The position numbers and the translations under genes are program-made. Shown here piece by piece: positions 61,101 to 64,000 of a DNA stretch of 64,000 bases (position 1 is the first letter of the stretch; each line of letters begins with the position of its first letter). The notes under the pieces are model-generated. The model was given only the letters and a program-made list of their open reading frames with translations. It searched no databases and was not told the origin of the DNA. This DNA comes from Anaeramoeba ignava BMAN (lineage: Eukaryota > Protista > Anaeramoebae), in assembly GCA_028826165.1 (NCBI GenBank), contig JAPDFW010000114.1:558001-622000 (forward strand). The letters run 5' to 3'.

Positions 61101-64000
61101 GTAGCTCTGGATCAAAACAATTTATCATTTCTTTTTCATCTGTTCCAAGAAGATTAAATCCACTTAAATATTTTAAATTTTCAACTTTTTCTTGATTTTC
61201 ATTTTTTTTGGTTGAAATTTTAAGAATAAGAATAAATAAATCTCTTTTTTCCCAAGGAAGTATTTCTTTAAAAATTTCACATGATTCCTTTAATTCTATT
61301 AGATTATTATCCAATAATTTAGTCCAATCAAATGAACGATATATTAATTTAATAACTGAAAGGAAATAAGAATCTATGAATTGTTTTTGAAATAATTTGC
61401 CTCTTTTTTCATTTTGGAATAACTGTTTTGCCATTTTTGGATCAAGATACTCATAACCCATTAATAAATTAATATGATATTTCAAAACCATCCAAAAATT
61501 TGATAATAATCTAAATGTTAATTCCCCTGTATTAAAATGTTTTAAAATTAATTTTGAGCTTGATTTGAATATTTTCTTTTGATAAAGTAAAGATTTATCA
61601 TTAAACATTTCAATTCTTTTTTCTTTTTTTTTTCCTTCTAATAGTTTAAATTTTTGTTCATAAAATTCAAATAAATTAGAAACATGAATTAAATCTTGAT
61701 CTTCATATTTTGATATTTCTCCATTTTTTGTTGGAATATAATAATCAAAAGAAAAGAATTTTTTCTTAACTTTGCATTTTTTTTCTTCCAAATATTTAAG
61801 TGTAGGGAATAATATAAAATCTTTTTTTGGTTCGTCTACTCTATAACTTGGAATTTCAAAAATCAAAATTACATTATTTGAAATGTTCCATACAAAATTA
61901 TTATTTGGTAAATATTTGTTTTCGATTGAACCCCACATTATTAAAGTCCAAAGATAATCTGAAATTTCAATTTTTGAAGAATAAGGTAATTCAATATGAA
62001 TATAAATTTTTTCTTTTAAATTTTCATTTAAAATAATATTTGAAAAATCATTAAGTTTTTTGATAATTTCTGATTTTTTTTCTGATGTAATCGTGATATT
62101 ATGATATTTAAAATCTGTTTTTGGATTTTGATTTTGTTCATAACACCATTTCCTTATTTGAAATGTTTTTCCATTTCCTGCAAATTTTGAAGTAAAAACA
62201 ATAAGTTGTTTAGAAAATGAATTAATTTCAATAAATTTGCGATATATATCATAATTATTTAATGCTTTAATATATCCCTTTTCAATTAATCCAGAACGAA
62301 ATGAATAAATCAAATTTTTAGATAGAAACCCTTCTCCTGAAAAGAAAATAATTAATGGATATTTGGTTTCAAAATTAATTGATTGAATTTTTGAGATGAG
62401 GAAACTTTGTTTCTTTTTAGGTAATCTATTTCCATGAACCAATGAAAATAGAAAAGGATTATTATTATTATTTTTTTTAATTTTTTCTTTTTGTTCTTGA
62501 GAAAATTCATTTGAATTATAAAGTTCATAAATTTTCAAAAAATTAGAAATATCATCTTTTTTTGTTTGTTTATCACAAATTAGAATTTGTTCTCTTAATG
62601 GTAATTGATGAGAAAAAATGAAATAAATTGTAGAAACAATATCATAAACATCATATTCAGTTTTTGAAGAATGAATAAAGATTTTTGGATTTGAAATTTT
62701 CCCACTTTTTTGATTGAAACGTTTAATTAACTTATTTTCTATTAATTTATAAGTTACATAATTCAATTCTTCTTTTGGCAAAATGAATATTCTTTGATTA
62801 TCAAAATTTTCCTTTAAAATTTGATTTAAATTATCTGCTAAAGTTTGAATTTTAAAATCTTGAATTGTTTTTAATTTGTTTTTGATAATATTAATTGATA
62901 AATTTTTTGAATAAAGTTTTAATATTTCTGAAATTTCTTTTTCTTTTTCTTTTTCTTTAAATATTGATTTGAAAAATTGAAATAAAACCAAAATTTGATT
63001 TGTTGAAAAAAAGGATAAATAAAAATATTTCTTAAATATTTCCTTTAAATCTAACTTCCACTTCTTTAAATCTTTTTCAAGTTTTTTTCGATATTTTTCC
63101 AATTTATTTTGATAATTTTCATTTTTTCCAAAAATTATTTTGTTTTCATAATTTTCTTTATAAATAAAATGAAGTTTTGAATAAAGTTTGAATAATAATT
63201 CTTTACATTTTTGAATAATTTCAAAAGAATTTAAAAAGGATTGAATAGCTTCAATAGTATTTTCTTCTTCTTTTTTTTCAATTTGAAATGAATTATTTTG
63301 CAATTCAATATCTTTTAGAATTATAAAAAATTCTTGAAAATTATTAAATGAAAATTCTTTTTTTGAATTTTGGATTTGATTTTGATTTTGATTTTGATTT
63401 TCAATTTCATTTTCAATTTGATTTTGATTTTGATTTTGATTTTGATTTTGATTTTGATTTTGATTTTGATTTTGATTTTCTTTTTGATTTTGATTTTGAT
63501 TTGAATTTTGATTTTGATTTTGAATTTGATTTTCAATTTCATTTTCAATTTCATTTTCAATTTGATTTTGATTTTGATTTTGATTTTGATTTTGATTTGA
63601 ATTTTGATTTTGATTTTGATTTTGATTTTGATTTTCTTTTTGATTTTGATTTGAATTTTGATTTTGATTTTGAATTTCATTTTGATTTTGATTTTTAATT
63701 TCATTTTCATTTTGATTTTGATTTTCAATTTTAATTTCATTTTGATTTTGATTTTGATTTTGATTTTGATTTTGATTTTGATTTTTAATTTTAATTTGGC
63801 AAATAAAAAATTGTTTTTGATTTTTAGATATTTGAAATTTGAATTCTGATTTGTTACAAAATATCTCATTAACACTTTTTTTAGCATTTAATTGAGTTGT
63901 TTCTTTTTTATTTTTTATCAATTCTTCGATTTCTGGAAGAAGATTGTGGATTAATTCAAATGAAATTTCTTTTGGATTTTTTTGAAAATTTTTCTTCTTT
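52147..64000 (-). CDS. RNF213: RNF213/mysterin-like giant AAA+ ATPase with RZ-finger E3 module (5' partial; fragmented into seven ORFs by frameshifts)
   Basis: RNF213-type motifs in order: FTSKFAGNGKT, PIILIGETGCGKT..FFDEFNT, FIAAGNPYR, YRVH, VSLRD, IPLFLIGKPGSSKS, QCSP, SVVILDEVALAEVSPDLPL, ISVSNWKLDPSQTNRG, FGLRDFY, SRHLMIL, FGSSF..D, LYEPLYDLLNQNY, ILNRFEKQ, and RZ finger CKNNHVFYIGQC..CPVC..IGGTHH. The frame stays open to the window end. Confidence 0.88.
53100..53525 (-). repeat. (AAAGAT/AAACAT)n KD/KH coding repeat in the C-terminal part of the RNF213-like gene
   Basis: Direct inspection. Confidence 0.85.

Overview
Extremely AT-rich, gene-dense eukaryotic (protist) DNA with the standard genetic code and GT-AG introns. 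The N/Q/E low-complexity tracts and the RCC1-BTB gene suggest a metamonad such as Anaeramoeba; this assignment is tentative. The left third holds spliced housekeeping genes: an OTUD3-like DUB (5' partial), an ATG18/WIPI PROPPIN, SMC4, Scc2/NIPBL, myotubularin, CSN2 and an acid lipase. The centre (23.1-40.0 kb) is a tandem array of eight intronless divergent actins (seven intact, one pseudogene), interrupted by a Ras GTPase, an RCC1-BTB gene and an Acr3 arsenite transporter. All eight actins have Ser at both ATP-hydrolysis residues (Q137S and H161S). Five have a charged replacement D-loop, and three carry MGxxxSK N-myristoylation-type extensions. This is the most striking signal: a candidate family of hydrolysis-deficient, partly membrane-anchored actins. 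The right part holds a quinone oxidoreductase, a ~177-bp AT satellite, a GRAM-PH-VASt-like lipid-transfer protein, RPLP0, a calcineurin B-like protein and USP14. It ends with a giant RNF213-like AAA+ protein that has an intact RZ finger and no recognisable RING; it is 5' partial and broken by A-run frameshifts. Many introns and spacers are inflated by simple tandem repeats. Exon boundaries were read by hand and lack RNA support.
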